Positions 34,905 through 45,296 are shown, counted from the first letter of the stretch. The stretch is 64,000 nucleotides of DNA from an uncultured bacterium (GCA_943787795.1 CALSNU010000006.1:529817-593816), one strand, 5' to 3'. The notes: generated from the letters alone by a model not told the origin. A program made the numbers and translations.

Positions 34905-35936
34905 ATGACCCTCTCCCACCTCGTCCTCGCCCTCGCGCCCCTGCTCGCCGCCCCCCTCCCTGTCTCCCAGGACCCTGTCCACGACCCTGACCTTCAGGGG
35001 ACCGACGCCGCGGGGACCCACAGCCGCACGATGGAGATCGGCGGCGCCGAACGCGGCTATCTCCTCCACGTTCCGGACGCCTACGACTCACGAGGCCGCA
35101 AGGACCCCGTCCCCCTTGTGGTGATGCTCCATGGCCGCACCAGCAACGGAAAGCAGGCCGCCAGCGCCTACTACGGGTGGACCAAGCTCTCCAACCAGGA
35201 GGGCTTCGTGGTCGCCTTCCCCACGGCGCTCGGGAAACCGACGAGCTGGAAGGCTTCGTGGGCCGGCAAGCCCACGGACGACTCGCTCTTCCTTGCAGCC
35301 CTCATCGACGAGCTCGTCGGCGAGCTCGACGTCGACCCGAACCGGGTGTACATGACCGGGCACAGCAGCGGCGGCTTCATGAGCTACAGCTTCGCGGCCA
35401 CCCACGGGGACAAGGTCGCCGCAATCGGCCCCGTGGCTGGCCTGTCCGTGGACCGGAGGCCGCCCTCCGCGCCCGTCTCCGTGATCTCCTTCCACGGTAT
35501 CGCGGACCGCGTCGTCCCCTACGGCAAGAACAGATGGCGCGCCGCCACAGCCATTGAGTCCGCAGAGCGGTTCGCCAAGCACGGCGACTGCAAGGCGATG
35601 GATCGCGAGGAGCTCCAGGGCGACCGGGTCCATCTGGATCGATGGGTCAACAAAAAGGAAGGGACCGAGGTCGTGCTCTACAGCATCGAGGGCGGCGACC
35701 ACGGGTGGCCCCGCGGCGGCCGGCGGTCCGTGCCAGCGACGAAGCTGATCTGGGAGTTCTTTGAGGCCCATCCCCGCCGCGAGGGCGCGGATCAGACGGA
35801 GCCTGAAGGTCCGGCCAAGGTTCCTGGCGAGTCGAGCACGTCGCCGGAGCGGAAGAGAGAGGCCGAGCGGGCCGGGCGCCTCGACGGCCGCCGGGGCGAG
35901 CTACGAATCTTGAACAGTCCAGCGTTCCGCGGCTGA
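34905..35936 (+). CDS. Secreted PHB depolymerase/LpqC-family alpha/beta esterase
   Basis: ATG 34905. RGYLLHVP, PLVVMLHG, RVYMTGHSSGG, FHGIADRVVP, GGDHGWP, IWEFF. Confidence 0.88.
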   Translation: MTLSHLVLALAPLLAAPLPVSQDPVHDPDLQGTDAAGTHSRTMEIGGAERGYLLHVPDAYDSRGRKDPVPLVVMLHGRTSNGKQAASAYYGWTKLSNQEGFVVAFPTALGKPTSWKASWAGKPTDDSLFLAALIDELVGELDVDPNRVYMTGHSSGGFMSYSFAATHGDKVAAIGPVAGLSVDRRPPSAPVSVISFHGIADRVVPYGKNRWRAATAIESAERFAKHGDCKAMDREELQGDRVHLDRWVNKKEGTEVVLYSIEGGDHGWPRGGRRSVPATKLIWEFFEAHPRREGADQTEPEGPAKVPGESSTSPERKREAERAGRLDGRRGELRILNSPAFRG

Positions 35937-36090
35937 TCGCGGCCCGACCTCCATCTGGAGTTCTGCCGGAGGCTTTCGCTATCCTGTGCGGGTGATCATC
36001 GCCCTCACGACCCGACCCCGCTGAACGCGACGCTGGCCCGGAGTTTCCGGGCCCGCATGAACGCGGGGGCGCCCCCCGCGACGGCGCCCC

Positions 36091-37101
36091 ATGCATCGAA
36101 ACTTCATCCTCGCCCTCGCGCTGGCCGTCGGCTGCGCTGGACCCGCAGAGCGGGAAGACTCCCCCCCCGGCGGCGGGTCCGCTGCCGAATCCCTGGCTGG
36201 CCGCAGACTCGCCCTTGAGCTCACGGTGACGGTCCCGGAGCTGGCGGAAGAGGGCCCCCTCCACGTGTTCGTCCCGCTCCCGCGCGAGGCCTCGGCGCAG
36301 CGTGTGGAGACCTTGACCGTGATCGCCCCCATCGAAGGCTCGATCCAGGCCGACGGCCTCGGGAACCGCTTCTGGCACGGCGAGAGCGCGGGGCCACGTG
36401 GGGAGTTCCAGATCCAGGTCAACGCGACCGTCGAGCGCCTGCCGCGTAGCAGCTCCCCCGTGGCCGGCGCCGCCCTCACCGAGGGCGACCGCGAGCGGCT
36501 CTCGCCCTGGCTCGCCTCCACGGACCGCGTCCCCCTCGGCGAGGCCACCGAAGAGGAGCTCCGGCCCATCCTCGATGAGCTCGGCCCGTCTCCTGCCGGG
36601 GCCGACGCCCGCGCCCGTCAGATCTACGAGTGGGTCGTGGACAACGTCGAGTACAGGAAGACGGGCACCGGCTGGGGGAACGGCGACATCTTCTGGGCCT
36701 GCAGCGAGCGCTACGGCAACTGCACCGACTTCCACACGCTGCTCCTCGCCCTCGCGCGCACCGAGGGCATCCCCGGCCGCTTCGAGATGGGCTTCCCGAT
36801 CCCCATGGACCGCCCGTCCGGCTCGATCGGCGGCTACCACTGCTGGGTCGAGCTCTGGCTCCCCGGCGCAGGCTGGATTCCGCTCGACGCGTCGGAGGCC
36901 GCCAAGCACCCCGAGGACCGCGAGCTGCACTTCGGGGGCGAGGAGCCGGACCGCGTCCTGTTCACCCGCGGCCGCGACCTGCGCCTCGGAGACGACCACC
37001 AGGGCCCCGCCCTCAACTACTTCATCCACACCTTCGCCGAACTCGACGGTTCCAGACTCGACGGCGTCGAGCAGACCGTCCGCTACGAGGAGATGCCATG
37101 A
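36091..37101 (+). CDS. Transglutaminase-like cysteine enzyme, lipoprotein
   Basis: Lipobox AVGC; triad motifs GNCTDFH, YHCW, PLDAS. ATGA overlap with the next gene. Confidence 0.88.
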   Translation: MHRNFILALALAVGCAGPAEREDSPPGGGSAAESLAGRRLALELTVTVPELAEEGPLHVFVPLPREASAQRVETLTVIAPIEGSIQADGLGNRFWHGESAGPRGEFQIQVNATVERLPRSSSPVAGAALTEGDRERLSPWLASTDRVPLGEATEEELRPILDELGPSPAGADARARQIYEWVVDNVEYRKTGTGWGNGDIFWACSERYGNCTDFHTLLLALARTEGIPGRFEMGFPIPMDRPSGSIGGYHCWVELWLPGAGWIPLDASEAAKHPEDRELHFGGEEPDRVLFTRGRDLRLGDDHQGPALNYFIHTFAELDGSRLDGVEQTVRYEEMP

Positions 37102-37505
37102 GCAAGATGTTCGTTGACGTCCGACGCTGTATCGGATGCCACGCCTGTTCGGTCGCCTGCAAGACCGAGCACAGCGTGCCCCTGGGCACGTTCCGCACCA
37201 GGGTCCGCTGGCTCCCGGAGCCCGGCGATGGGCGCATGACCTTCCTGCCCGTGTTCGCGGAGACCTGCGACCTCGGCGCCAACCGCGCGGAGCACGGGCT
37301 GGAGCCGGCCTGCGTCATGTCTTGCCCGACCAAGGCGCTGGCCATCGTGGATGAAGCGCCCCCCGAGTCACGCCCCCTCGAGCGCAAGGGCGACACCCGC
37401 GACGGCGTCGTCTATCGCGGCCACGCTCGCTGGCAAGAGGACGCCATGAACGCCGGCGTCGCGCTCTCCCCCGAGGACCCCGACCCCATCTACGAGCAAT
37501 GGTAA
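37098..37505 (+). CDS. Short DmsB/PsrB-like Fe-S subunit (135 aa, two Cys groups only)
   Basis: ATG 37098. CIGCHACSVACK and CDLG...EPACVMSCPT; coupled to genes on both sides. Confidence 0.85.
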   Translation: MSKMFVDVRRCIGCHACSVACKTEHSVPLGTFRTRVRWLPEPGDGRMTFLPVFAETCDLGANRAEHGLEPACVMSCPTKALAIVDEAPPESRPLERKGDTRDGVVYRGHARWQEDAMNAGVALSPEDPDPIYEQW

Positions 37506-40174
37506 GCCTCGATCGACGCGAACTCCTGACCCTCGCTGGCGGCCTGGGCGCCGCCGCCTTCTCCGGCGGGCTCCTCTCGGGCTGCAGCTCGAGCGGTGAC
37601 GGGAAGGCCCTCCCCTCCATGGGCGACGCCATGGCCACCCGCATCGACTACGGCCGCGCGAAGGCCGTGCCCACCATCTGCTTCGGCTGCACGACCCACT
37701 GCGGGGTCATCGGCTGGGTGCAGGACGGGCGCGTGCGGCAGATCGAGGGCAACCCGAAGGACCCGAACACCCAGGGCGCCATTTGCGGCAAGGCCCAGGG
37801 CGTGATCCAGGCCACCTACGACCCCCAGCGCATCGTCTACCCGCTCAAGCGGGTCGGCAAGCGCGGCGAGGGCAAGTGGCGCCGGGCCACCTGGGAGGAG
37901 GCCATGACGGAGATCGGCGGCAAGCTCAAGACCCTGCGCGACGAGGGCCGGCCCGAGGAGCTCGTCTTCCACTACGGCCGCGACAAGACCAAGGGCTTCA
38001 CCAGCCGCTGGACCGACGCCTTCGGGACGCCCAACCGCCTCAACCGGCGCTCCATCTGCAGCTCGAACCGCCGCGTGCCGCTGATGAGCATGTACGGACG
38101 CGAGTTCGAATGGGAGTCTCAGGACCTCGAGCGCACGAACTACGTGGTCAACTTCGGCGGCAACCCGATGGAGGCCTATCAAGGCGGGCTCTTCATGATC
38201 CGCCGCCTCATGGACGCGCGCGTGGACCGTGGCGCCAAGCTGGTGACCTTCGAGGTCCGCCCCTCGGCCACGGCGTCCATCAGCGACGAGTTCCACACGG
38301 TGCACCCCGCGAGCGACGGCGCCATCGCCATGGCCATGGCCCACGTCATCCTGCGCGAGGGACTCCAAGACACCGCGTTCTGGAACACCTGGGCCAACGT
38401 GGACCTCGACACCATCCGTGAGCAGGTCAAGGACTACACCCCCGAGTGGGCCGAGGGGATCTCGGGCGTGCCCGCGGACGACATCGCCCGCATCGCGGTG
38501 GAGTTCGCCAAGGCCGCGCCCGCCTGTTGCACCATGTCCAACCGGGGCAGCGCCAAGCACTACAACGGCGTACAGGCGGACCGCGCCATCCGCATGCTCG
38601 ACGTGCTCGTTGGGAACGTGGGCAAGCCCGGCGGCTTCTGCCTGTCGACGCTGCGCATGTGGAAGAACCGCTACGGCCAGTGGGGCCTGCCGGTCATCGA
38701 CCAGCCCGGCCCGAAGCCCTCCAAGCCCAAGGCGTGGCGGCCCGGCACGCGCGAGTTCGAGATGCTCCCCGCGGACGTCCAGGAGCGCGTCGCCGCATTC
38801 CCGGAGATGTGGCAGAAGAAGTACTTCGGCGAGCTCGCGACGCCGTCGGAGTACCCGCTCTCCTGGCACTGGTACAACATGCGCGTCGGCCAGCTGGTCT
38901 ACCCGTACATCAAGGAGGGCCGTCAGAAGGTCGGCGCCTACATCAGCTACACCCTGGGCGCGGCCTTCGGGTACCCCGAGGCCGACGTGGCTCGCGAGGT
39001 GCTCATGGACGAGGAGCTCGTGCCCCTGCACGTGGCCATCGACATCAGCTACAGCGAGCAGGCCGCGCTGGCGGACTGGATCCTGCCGGACGCCACGGCG
39101 CTCGAGCGCTGGGACGCGCACTCCACCAACAACTACGGCCTGCGCCCCTATACCGGGATCCGCCAGCCGCTGGTGGAGCCCATGGGCGAGGCACGTCCTG
39201 TTCAGATCATCCTGCGCGACCTCGCGCGGACGATCGGCGGCGGCATGGAGGCCCACTTCGACTTCGAGGACCTCGAGGACTACTACCGCGAGTGGTATGC
39301 CGAGGTCCCGGGCGACTGGGAGTCCCTCAAGCGCGAGGGCATCTGGACCGATCCCGAGCGGCCGCTGGATCACGAGCTCTACCTGCGGGAGGTGCCCGCC
39401 GACGAGCTGGTGAACCACAGCGTCGACCCGGAGACGAAGATCGTCACCGCCGACAAGGGAGCCAAGCGCGTGGCCGTGGGGATCGAGCTCGACGGCAAGA
39501 TCGTGCGAGGCTTCGATACGCCCACGCGGCGCATCACCGTGCAGGAGCCCCTGTATCCGCTGGCCGCCGCCCACGTGGGGCTTCCACTCACCGACATCAA
39601 CGCCCTGGAGCTCCCCACCTGGGGGCCGGTGCCCGAGCACGTGGACCTCGCCGAGGACCGCTTCGTCCTGACGACGTTCAAGTGGAACGTCCACACCCAG
39701 GGCCGGAGCGCGGGCTGGAAGTACAGCTCCGAGATCGTGCACACCAACCCCGTGTTCATGAACCCGAAGACCGCCCTCCTCCTCGGGCTGACGGAGGGCG
39801 ACGAGGTGACCCTCACCGTCTTCCGTCCGGCTCAGCACACCTATCGCGCCGGCGAGGACGAGCCCGTGGGCACGTTCACCCAGAAGGTGCGCCTGCTGGA
39901 GCGCGTCCACCCCAAGGTCGTCGCGGTCTCGCACCACATGGGGCACTGGGAACAGGGCAACGTGGCGCGCGCCGACATGGAGACCCCCTCGAAGGGCGAG
40001 GTCGGGTTCGGCTCGGAGTGCGACGCCGACGTCACGGACCGCGTGTGGTGGTCCAAGAAGCGCGGCGGCTCCGGCGGCGGTCGGCACCTCAACGACGCGC
40101 TGCCTATCAACCCGACGCCTCTGGTCGGTGGTCAGAGCTGGTTCGACAACGTCGTCGCCATCGAGAAGGTATGA
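37499..40174 (+). CDS. Mo/W-bisPGD oxidoreductase catalytic subunit (polysulfide/thiosulfate/arsenate reductase-like), Tat lipoprotein
   Basis: DRRELL + LSGC. FS0 CFGCTTHC..ICGK, RIVYPLKRVG, RRSIC (probable Cys Mo ligand), ADWILPDAT.LER, HTQGRS. Confidence 0.9.
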   Translation: MVSLDRRELLTLAGGLGAAAFSGGLLSGCSSSGDGKALPSMGDAMATRIDYGRAKAVPTICFGCTTHCGVIGWVQDGRVRQIEGNPKDPNTQGAICGKAQGVIQATYDPQRIVYPLKRVGKRGEGKWRRATWEEAMTEIGGKLKTLRDEGRPEELVFHYGRDKTKGFTSRWTDAFGTPNRLNRRSICSSNRRVPLMSMYGREFEWESQDLERTNYVVNFGGNPMEAYQGGLFMIRRLMDARVDRGAKLVTFEVRPSATASISDEFHTVHPASDGAIAMAMAHVILREGLQDTAFWNTWANVDLDTIREQVKDYTPEWAEGISGVPADDIARIAVEFAKAAPACCTMSNRGSAKHYNGVQADRAIRMLDVLVGNVGKPGGFCLSTLRMWKNRYGQWGLPVIDQPGPKPSKPKAWRPGTREFEMLPADVQERVAAFPEMWQKKYFGELATPSEYPLSWHWYNMRVGQLVYPYIKEGRQKVGAYISYTLGAAFGYPEADVAREVLMDEELVPLHVAIDISYSEQAALADWILPDATALERWDAHSTNNYGLRPYTGIRQPLVEPMGEARPVQIILRDLARTIGGGMEAHFDFEDLEDYYREWYAEVPGDWESLKREGIWTDPERPLDHELYLREVPADELVNHSVDPETKIVTADKGAKRVAVGIELDGKIVRGFDTPTRRITVQEPLYPLAAAHVGLPLTDINALELPTWGPVPEHVDLAEDRFVLTTFKWNVHTQGRSAGWKYSSEIVHTNPVFMNPKTALLLGLTEGDEVTLTVFRPAQHTYRAGEDEPVGTFTQKVRLLERVHPKVVAVSHHMGHWEQGNVARADMETPSKGEVGFGSECDADVTDRVWWSKKRGGSGGGRHLNDALPINPTPLVGGQSWFDNVVAIEKV

Positions 40175-40719
40175 AGGAGCTCGCGCCGCTCTACGAGCTC
40201 CTGGCTCGACTGCTCACCTCGGAGGTCGACGCGGCGCTGCTCACCGCCCTGAAGGCTCCGGAGGCCAGCGTGCTCCTCGAGCGCCTGGCCCCCGGGTTCC
40301 TTGAGGAGGAGCCCGACCTTGACGAACTTGCGGGGGAGTTCGCGGCGCTGTTCCTCATCCCGGGGGGCGCCCCGCCCTTCGCGAGCGCCTGGGCTCCGGA
40401 GGGCGCACCGGAGGAGCTCCCCGAGCGCATCGCCACCTTCGTCCACAAGGCGATGGAGGTCCTCTCGGTCGAGCAGAGCGGCTCAGCCGGCCGCCTGTCC
40501 CTGGACCACGCCGGGCTCCTGTGCGCGCTGGTCGCGCGTGGCCTAGAGGGCGACGCGTACCAGCAAGATCTCGCCAAGCACGTCCGAGAAGAAGCCCTGG
40601 CGCCCTGGGCGCCGCGGTTCGGGGAGGCGGTCGAGGCCAAGGCCTCCAGCAAGGTCTACCAGGCGGCCGGAGCCTTGCTGGTGAGTCTGCACGGGGACCC
40701 GGCGCAAGCCGAGACCTGA
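40171..40719 (+). CDS. TorD/DmsD-family chaperone
   Basis: ATG 40171 overlaps the stop of the Mo enzyme. EFAALF, PPFASAW, DHAG, L.PWAPRF, YQAAG. Confidence 0.85.
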   Translation: MKELAPLYELLARLLTSEVDAALLTALKAPEASVLLERLAPGFLEEEPDLDELAGEFAALFLIPGGAPPFASAWAPEGAPEELPERIATFVHKAMEVLSVEQSGSAGRLSLDHAGLLCALVARGLEGDAYQQDLAKHVREEALAPWAPRFGEAVEAKASSKVYQAAGALLVSLHGDPAQAET

Positions 40720-40737
40720 GACCCGAAGGGCCCTCGG

Positions 40738-40906
40738 CTCCACTGGCTCTCGACTCCACTGGCTCTCAGCTTCACTGGCCTCGGGGACACTACCGTCGGG
40801 GACACTGCCGCTGGGGACACTGCCGTTGGGGACACTGCCGTTGGGGACACTGCCGTTGGGGACACTGCCGCTGGGGACACTGCCGCTGGGGACACTGGCA
40901 CTGGGG
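40738..40906. repeat. Compound minisatellite: 16-bp unit (ctccactggctctcga) x~3, then 15-bp unit (ggggacactgccgyt) x8
   Basis: 15-bp units at 40783, 40798 ... 40888; no spacers. Confidence 0.92.
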
Positions 40907-41600
40907 CGCCCAAGGGAAACCACCCGCGCGGGCGCGCCTCGGGCCAGGGCCTTCCCGGACTTGGTGGGTTCGCCCTGGATCGGACCAGATCGCACCGACA
41001 CATCCCGAACGCATCCATGCGGCCGAGAAGAATCGAACGACCCGTGGCTGCCCCAAGCCGCCCTGGACAAAGGACTAAGGCCTGTATCCAAATAGGTCCC
41101 CGATGCGTCGCTTGAACTCCCCGCCGCAAATAAGGTATACCCCTAGGCGTTGTCGCCATGCGCGACCGCGACCCCACCACGACTGCCCCGGACGCGCGCT
41201 CCTGCCAGAGCCGCGACCGAAGTCGGGGCCCGACGCCGGCCCGGGTCTCTTCCTTGGCCTCTGCTCGCTGCCCTGGCTGCGCCCTGGCGAGCGGCCCCTG
41301 GGGACCGCCCGCTGACGGTTCCTCTCCGAGTGAGGCTCGCTCAGCAGGGGCCGCTGGATCGCTCCACCTGTTCCGTCGCGGCGGGTCAGGCGCTGCCCAA
41401 GGACCTGAGAGCCGGAGTTTCGTCGGAGGCCGGCCGAGTGCGAGCCCCCTGGAGGAGCAGGCAGGGCGCCTCGCCTCCTCGAGACCCCTGACGTGGCGAA
41501 CCTGCTCGCGCCACGCTTGCGCCCCTGAGCCTGGCGATCACGCCCCCTCCCCCGCCCCTCCACGACCAGCATCCACCCCGGATCGACGGAGGCGGGCGGA

Positions 41601-41606
41601 TAGGAT
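41601..41606 (+). promoter_or_regulatory. -10 box TAGGAT, 6 nt before ATG 41613
   Basis: Seen in sequence. Confidence 0.6.
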
Positions 41607-41612
41607 GCGATC

Positions 41613-43856
41613 ATGCTCCTCGCGCTGATCCCCCTGTCGCTGTCCCTACCCCAGGCCAGCGTCGACATCTCGTCCCTCCCCGTCCGGGCGCCCGCCCCCC
41701 TGGCGCCCCTCGCGACCGACTGGCTCCTCGACGAGGTCGCTCGCCGCGCCGAGGTCTACCGCGATGAGCAGGGCCAGACCATCGTCCTGGACAACGGGCT
41801 GCTCCGGCGCTCCATCCGGATGACGCCGAACGCGGCGACGGTCAGGCTGGATGACCTGATGACGGGGAGGTCCCTCCTCAGGGCGGTCCAACCCGAGGCC
41901 ATGGTGACCCTGGATGGGGTCCCCCACGCCATCGGCGGGCTCACGGGGCAGCCCAACCTCGCCTACCTCGACCCCGAGTGGCTCGCGGCCATGGAGGCCG
42001 CGCCCGGTGCGTGGCGCGTCACGGGCTTTGACGTCGGGGTACCAAGCGAGCGTCTGGCCTGGGCGAGAGTTCGCCACCATGCGCCGGACGTCGCCTGGCC
42101 TCCCCCTGGTATCTCCCTGCGCCTGGACTTCAAGGAGGCGTCCGGGGATGGCAGCGCGCCGCCAGGCGTGACGGTCTCCGTCCACTACGAGCTCTACGAC
42201 GGCGTCCCCGTCCTCGCCAAGTGGGTGACCGTCTCGAACGCGGGGAGCCGCACGGTACGCGTTGACGACTTCACCATCGAGCGGCTGGCCGTGGTGGAGC
42301 GCGACTCCATCGTCGAATCCAGGGAGGGCGAGCCCATGGACCCGCCGGACCTGCGCGTGGAGACCGAGTACTCCATGGGCGGACTCTCCTACAAGAACAG
42401 CCGCCGCCACGGGTACCGGTGGCTCGAGGATCCCGACTACACGAGCCAGGTCAACTACCTCAAGGGCACGCCCTGTCTCCTGGACGTCGGGCCGGAGAAC
42501 CAGGTCCTGCGCGACGTCAAGCCCGGGGAGACCTTCGAGTCCTTCCGCGCCTTCATCGGCGCCTATGACTCGGAGGACGTCACGCGGCGCGCGCTCACGG
42601 ACGGTCGGATCTACCGCACCATCGCCCCGTGGGTGACCGAGAACCCGCTGATGATGCACGTGAGGCACGCCGACCCGGACTCGGTTCGGCTCGCCATCGA
42701 TCAGTGCGCCGAGGTGGGGTTCGAGATGGTGATCCTCACCTTTGGCAGCGGGTTCAACGTCGAGGATTCCTCGGACGCGAACCTGGCTCGCATGCGCGAC
42801 TACGTGGCCTACGGCGCCGCGAAGGGCGTGGAGGTGGGGACCTACTCGCTGCTCTCCTCTCGCCGCGTGACCCCGGCGGGAGACAACTGCCTCAACCCGC
42901 TCACAGGGGAGCCTGGCGGCGAGGGCATGATCCACGGGGGTACGCCATCCCTCGCTTCCGCTTGGGGCCAGCGCTACCTCCAGACCCTGCGGACCTTCTT
43001 CGCGCAGACCGGCGCCATGCTGCTCGAGCACGATGGGCCCTACCCTGGGAACCTCGACGCCGCGGCGCGCCCCCCGCTGCAGCAGGGCGTCGAGGACTCT
43101 CGGTACGTGAACTGGATGCTGTCGCGGGACCTCTACGCCGACCTCCGAGCCAGGGGCGTCTACATCAACGCCCCCGACTGGTACTTCCTCGCGGGCACCA
43201 ACAAGTGCGGCATGGGCTACCGGGAGGTGAACTGGTCCCTGCCCCGCGCCCAGCAGGTGATCCACACGCGCCAGAACATCTTCGACGGGACCAAGTACAA
43301 GCTCCCCAGCATGGGCTGGATGTTCGTCCCGCTGACCCAATATCACGGGGGTGGCGCCGCCGCGACGGTCGAGCCGCTGGACGAGCACCTGGACCACTAC
43401 CGCGCGATGCTTGCGAGCAACCTCGGCGCCGGCGTCCAGGCCTGTTACCGCGGGCCGCGCCTCTTCGACACGCCCCGCGTGAGGGACGCCGTCAAGGCCC
43501 ACGTCGACTGGTACAAGGCGCACCGGGACATCCTCGAGAGCCCCGTCATCCACGCCGCCTCCCGGAGATCAGACGGTCGGGACCTCGACTGGATCCTGCA
43601 CGCCAACCCGTTGCTGGACGAGCCGGCACTGCTCGTGCTTCACAACCCGACCGACCGACCGATCAAGAGGTCCATGAGCGCTGACCTCTACTTCTCCGGC
43701 CTTGAAGGCTCGGTGACCGTCGAGGGTGGAAGCGGCGCCGACCTCCCGGCGGCAAGGTCCCTCGGCGAGGTCGCCCTGGACGCGAGAGGTCGGGCGAACA
43801 TCGACGTCGAGGTCGCCGCCCGTGGCATGGCGTGGTTCAGCTTCCGTCGCCCTTGA
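41613..43856 (+). CDS. Secreted alpha-galactosidase-like glycoside hydrolase (GH36-like TIM barrel)
   Basis: Signal peptide; VHYELYDG, APWVTENP, GFEMVILTFGSG, EHDGPYPG, GMGYREVNWS, ACYRGPRL. Confidence 0.7.
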   Translation: MLLALIPLSLSLPQASVDISSLPVRAPAPLAPLATDWLLDEVARRAEVYRDEQGQTIVLDNGLLRRSIRMTPNAATVRLDDLMTGRSLLRAVQPEAMVTLDGVPHAIGGLTGQPNLAYLDPEWLAAMEAAPGAWRVTGFDVGVPSERLAWARVRHHAPDVAWPPPGISLRLDFKEASGDGSAPPGVTVSVHYELYDGVPVLAKWVTVSNAGSRTVRVDDFTIERLAVVERDSIVESREGEPMDPPDLRVETEYSMGGLSYKNSRRHGYRWLEDPDYTSQVNYLKGTPCLLDVGPENQVLRDVKPGETFESFRAFIGAYDSEDVTRRALTDGRIYRTIAPWVTENPLMMHVRHADPDSVRLAIDQCAEVGFEMVILTFGSGFNVEDSSDANLARMRDYVAYGAAKGVEVGTYSLLSSRRVTPAGDNCLNPLTGEPGGEGMIHGGTPSLASAWGQRYLQTLRTFFAQTGAMLLEHDGPYPGNLDAAARPPLQQGVEDSRYVNWMLSRDLYADLRARGVYINAPDWYFLAGTNKCGMGYREVNWSLPRAQQVIHTRQNIFDGTKYKLPSMGWMFVPLTQYHGGGAAATVEPLDEHLDHYRAMLASNLGAGVQACYRGPRLFDTPRVRDAVKAHVDWYKAHRDILESPVIHAASRRSDGRDLDWILHANPLLDEPALLVLHNPTDRPIKRSMSADLYFSGLEGSVTVEGGSGADLPAARSLGEVALDARGRANIDVEVAARGMAWFSFRRP

Positions 43857-43941
43857 GGCGGGTGCCCTTGACCCGGTCATCTGACCCCGCGCACCCCGCC
43901 CGCCGCCGGAGAACAGGCGGCGCTACCGCTCGCGCCCCGGC

Positions 43942-45093
43942 TCAGGTCGTCTCTTCGACGGGTGCTGAGGCTCGCTTGCGCGCCAGCAACATGCCTGCGG
44001 CGATGAGCGCGGCCCCCAGCCCGTAGAGGATGGGTGCCCGGCTCAGGGTGCGGGGATCCGATCCGATCGCTGGCTCTGCGTAGTAGACCTCCGCGAAACG
44101 GGCGTCCACGTCGGCCCCCGCGGCGATCCACTCGGCCTCGTTGAGCCGCAGCTCCGCCCACCAGGCCTCCGACTCCGCGAGCTCTGTGGCGAACTGCGCC
44201 TCGAGCTCCTCCACCCGGAGGCTCCGGGTCTCCCCGGACTCCGGGGTCTGCATGGAGAGCGCCTTGCGCGCCTTTTCCCGATAGGCCGCCGCCGCGCCCG
44301 GATCGTCGCACGACTCCGCGGCTCGCAGGAGCGCGCGCGCCGCGAGCCCCTTGGCGTCCTGCTGGAAGTCGGCGAGCAGCAGGTCGCTGAGCGCCTCGAG
44401 GAGAACTGGCGAGGAGTGGTTGCCGAACCGGATCATCCCGGCGACGCCGGCGACTCCCGCCGCGATGGCCTCGGACTGCGCCTCGGGCGCGGCGGGATCC
44501 AACTCCAGGCGGGCCGCGAGGAAGGCCCAGAAGTTGGGCGCAGGCGCCGCGCCGATCTGGCTCGCGGACTCCGCGCAAAGGGGGAGCTTCACCTCGGCCG
44601 CGCCAGCGCGCTTGGCCAGGACGTACTGAACAAGGAGGAGCTGGTAGACCTCTCGCCCGAAGTGCGCCTCCGGGTTGACGGCGAGCGCCTCACCGATGAA
44701 GCCTGCACCGACCTCGAGGTTGCCGGCGTGCACGTGGAAGGTCCCGAGGTTCGCGAGGGTCTCGTACCGGCGAGGGTCTTGCTCGAGCAACGCCTCCATC
44801 AACGCGATCGCGCGCTCATCCTCGCCCAGCTTCGAGTGGGCCACCGCGAGGTCATCGACCAGCTCGGGGCCGACCTCGCCGCGCTCCATACGAGCCGTCC
44901 GGTCCGCCACGCGCCAGCGATAGTACGCGTCGCTGTGCCTCAGGAACTTGCCCGAGACCACCTCGAGGACGCTCGGGAAGCGCTGGCGCTCCATCAAGCG
45001 CGTGTCACGATCCCAAAGACACGCGGAGGCCGCTGCCGCGTGGACGGCACCTGCCATCAGCAGGCCACAACCCAGAAGAACCCAGTATCGCAT
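43942..45093 (-). CDS. Exported TPR-containing hypothetical protein with C-terminal TM helix
   Basis: ATG 45093 (TATGCT 6 nt upstream). ACLWDRDT, YETLANLGTF, NPEAHFGRE; hydrophobic tail followed by RKR. Confidence 0.75.
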   Translation of the reverse strand: MRYWVLLGCGLLMAGAVHAAAASACLWDRDTRLMERQRFPSVLEVVSGKFLRHSDAYYRWRVADRTARMERGEVGPELVDDLAVAHSKLGEDERAIALMEALLEQDPRRYETLANLGTFHVHAGNLEVGAGFIGEALAVNPEAHFGREVYQLLLVQYVLAKRAGAAEVKLPLCAESASQIGAAPAPNFWAFLAARLELDPAAPEAQSEAIAAGVAGVAGMIRFGNHSSPVLLEALSDLLLADFQQDAKGLAARALLRAAESCDDPGAAAAYREKARKALSMQTPESGETRSLRVEELEAQFATELAESEAWWAELRLNEAEWIAAGADVDARFAEVYYAEPAIGSDPRTLSRAPILYGLGAALIAAGMLLARKRASAPVEETT

Positions 45094-45296
45094 GGCCGGA
45101 GCATAACCCGGCACCCCGCCAGCGGAACCTGCGGGCCCAGCGTCCCTCTGCAGGGCCGCCTCGGCTCTCTCCGCCAACCCACCGTGGCCGGGAGTTCCCT
45201 GCGAAGAGTCAATCCCATCCCCGCCCCCACCGGCTTGAGCGGCTAGCCTCGCGCTGCAGGTTCAGCATTCCACCCCCGCCCCCCCCAACGGAACCC

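Noticed and set aside
40783..40906. Repeat arrays here and at 58127-58244 and 8940-9058 as CRISPR arrays
   Set aside because: Units are directly adjacent with no unique spacers, are only 15-20 bp, and no cas genes are present.
41070..41160. AT-rich patch (taaggcctgtatccaaatagg...) as an IS terminal repeat
   Set aside because: No matching inverted copy or transposase found by eye. It may be a promoter, but no downstream ORF is convincing.
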